Shown piece by piece: positions 32,950 through 34,086 of a DNA stretch of 34,086 nucleotides. The DNA is from Candidatus Methanophagales archaeon. GTDB taxonomy: Archaea > Halobacteriota > Syntropharchaeia > Alkanophagales > Methanospirareceae. The stretch is from contig JAPWVK010000159.1 of NCBI GenBank assembly GCA_029241965.1, positions 1-34,086 on the forward strand, given 5' to 3'. Within the stretch, counting starts at the first letter, position 1; each line of letters begins with the position of its first letter. The notes under the pieces were generated by a model. The model was not told where the DNA came from, searched no databases, and saw only the letters and a list, made by a program, of their open reading frames with translations. The position numbers and the translations under genes are program-made.

Positions 32950-33735
32950 TCATACTTTACAAACCTTATCAAATATCTCTTTCACTGCGACAACCGCTTT
33001 AGAATCCTCCGGTAGCTCTAATATTGGCGTACCAACTAAATCAAACGCTCTTATGTTCTCATCCTCAGGAACCGTTCCTACAAGCGTAAGCCTGCTATCC
33101 TTTACCAGCCCCGCAAGGGCAGCCTTCACTTTCTCGTCTTCCGTCATCTTGTTCAGCACCAGATATATCTGCCCGAAGTCAATATGCAGCTTTTCCGCAA
33201 TGTTCTTTATCGTGGATGCCGTGTCTATACCTCGTTTTGTGGGATCGCTAACTACGAGCATTGTATCCACGTCCCGAGTCGTTCTGCGGCTCAGATGCTC
33301 CAACCCGGCTTCGCAATCTATCAGGATTGTGCAAAACCGCGAAGACAGCTTATCAATGAAATGCCGCAGCATATCGTTTATCAGGCAGTAGCAGCCCGGA
33401 CCTTCAGAACGACCCATGACTAATACCGAGAACCGTGCGGTATTCACCAATATCTCGTCTATTTTGTACTCAATCAGCATGTCGGTGGGCATGTCTTCGG
33501 AGAAGAAGACTCCGCTTGGCGATGCTATCTCTTCTCGCACATCACCTAAGGTCTTATTCACTTTCACACCTAACGTGCTTGGTAAGCTCGACGCGGGATC
33601 GGCATCTATTGCAAGCACTCTCCCGCCTGTTCCGTTCTCGGCCAGGAATTTTAGTAGTAACGAGGCTATCACTGTCTTACCCGTACCACCTTTTCCTGCT
33701 ACTGCGATAATATGCGCTCCGTTTCTATGCGACAT
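32950..33735 (-). CDS. cooC: CooC-type Ni-insertion ATPase (CODH/ACS maturation factor, MinD/ParA family)
   Basis: It has a deviant Walker A motif (IIAVAGKGGTGKT), a DADP segment, and the CxC metal motif GPGCYCLIN typical of CooC/AcsF. The start is placed at the Met at 33735; the ORF is open to 33759. Confidence 0.85.
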   Translation of the reverse strand: MSHRNGAHIIAVAGKGGTGKTVIASLLLKFLAENGTGGRVLAIDADPASSLPSTLGVKVNKTLGDVREEIASPSGVFFSEDMPTDMLIEYKIDEILVNTARFSVLVMGRSEGPGCYCLINDMLRHFIDKLSSRFCTILIDCEAGLEHLSRRTTRDVDTMLVVSDPTKRGIDTASTIKNIAEKLHIDFGQIYLVLNKMTEDEKVKAALAGLVKDSRLTLVGTVPEDENIRAFDLVGTPILELPEDSKAVVAVKEIFDKVCKV

Positions 33736-33830
33736 GGTTTTTAGATTGTAACTCCACACATCTAATAACAGCTATGTATGATATAGTTGTTCTCTGCACG
33801 GAAAAAATGATATGGAAAGCAATATCAAAT

Positions 33831-34006
33831 ATTTGTTTGTACAGCAAATCTACGAAACCACGAGATTCCACGAGATTAGCACAACACTTTTTCTTTTTCA
33901 GAAAAAGAAAACCTGTGCTAAAAGAAAACACGTTTGTTCTTTTGGTAAAGCTTTTCTTTCAAAGAAAAGGTTTCTCGTGGAAATCTATGGTTCGCTAAAC
34001 AAACAT
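33831..34006 (+). repeat. MITE-like intergenic repeat, copy R4, with the AT-rich palindromic module nested inside
   Basis: The sequence is TTTGTACAGCAAATCTACGAAACCACGAGATTCCACGAGATTAGCACAACA, then [module 33880-33932], then GGTTTCTCGTGGAAATCTATGGTTCGCTAAACAAACA. The module is the reverse complement of 14126-14176 and points toward cooC. Confidence 0.6.
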
Positions 34007-34086
34007 TAAACATCTATTGAGCCTCTGGAAGCAGACCTATCCTATCCCCATTAATAAATCAATTTACTATTTTTATCCCTTTTTCA

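Noticed and set aside
32900-33751. Plus-strand ORFs antisense to cooC (79-163 aa)
   Set aside because: These are shadow ORFs. The minus strand encodes a clear Walker-A/CxC CooC protein.

Overview
The window looks archaeal, probably Methanosarcinales-like; that placement is inference from gene content, not a search. Supporting features are an archaeal-type TyrRS, an AglB/STT3 oligosaccharyltransferase, gyrB, CooC, ORF-less group II introns and AT-rich palindromic intergenic modules. The housekeeping genes are gyrB, aglB, tyrS, coaBC, tRNA-Leu(CAG), tRNA-Ala(GGC), a MATE transporter, a Gfo/Idh/MocA oxidoreductase and cooC. Between them lie two ORF-less group II introns, at least four copies of a ~150-nt MITE-like intergenic repeat, and a large cell-surface accessory region at 16.9-32.4 kb. 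That region holds three cohesin-domain proteins, one dockerin protein, paralogous anchored surface proteins and a 2220-aa giant surface protein.

The most unusual feature is inside the giant gene on the minus strand. A Hint/intein module starts with C-YDEETEVLTKEGW, has an SPEHKVY block B, and ends with GKIYDVDVPNDIVLVKRHN or GKIYSVTVPNRILLIRRKN|S. At the position where inteins normally carry a homing endonuclease, it instead carries complete small-antitoxin plus PIN-toxin operons on the opposite (plus) strand. The minus-strand frame running antisense through these cassettes has no stop codon. Two such units sit in tandem in the giant ORF. A third, decayed unit, whose PIN gene has a nonsense codon, heads an orphan 3' gene fragment immediately downstream. 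All three keep the same relative codon phase between the two strands. I know of no described intein or Hint element with an antisense-encoded TA cargo. The call rests on motif reading only, with no searches run.
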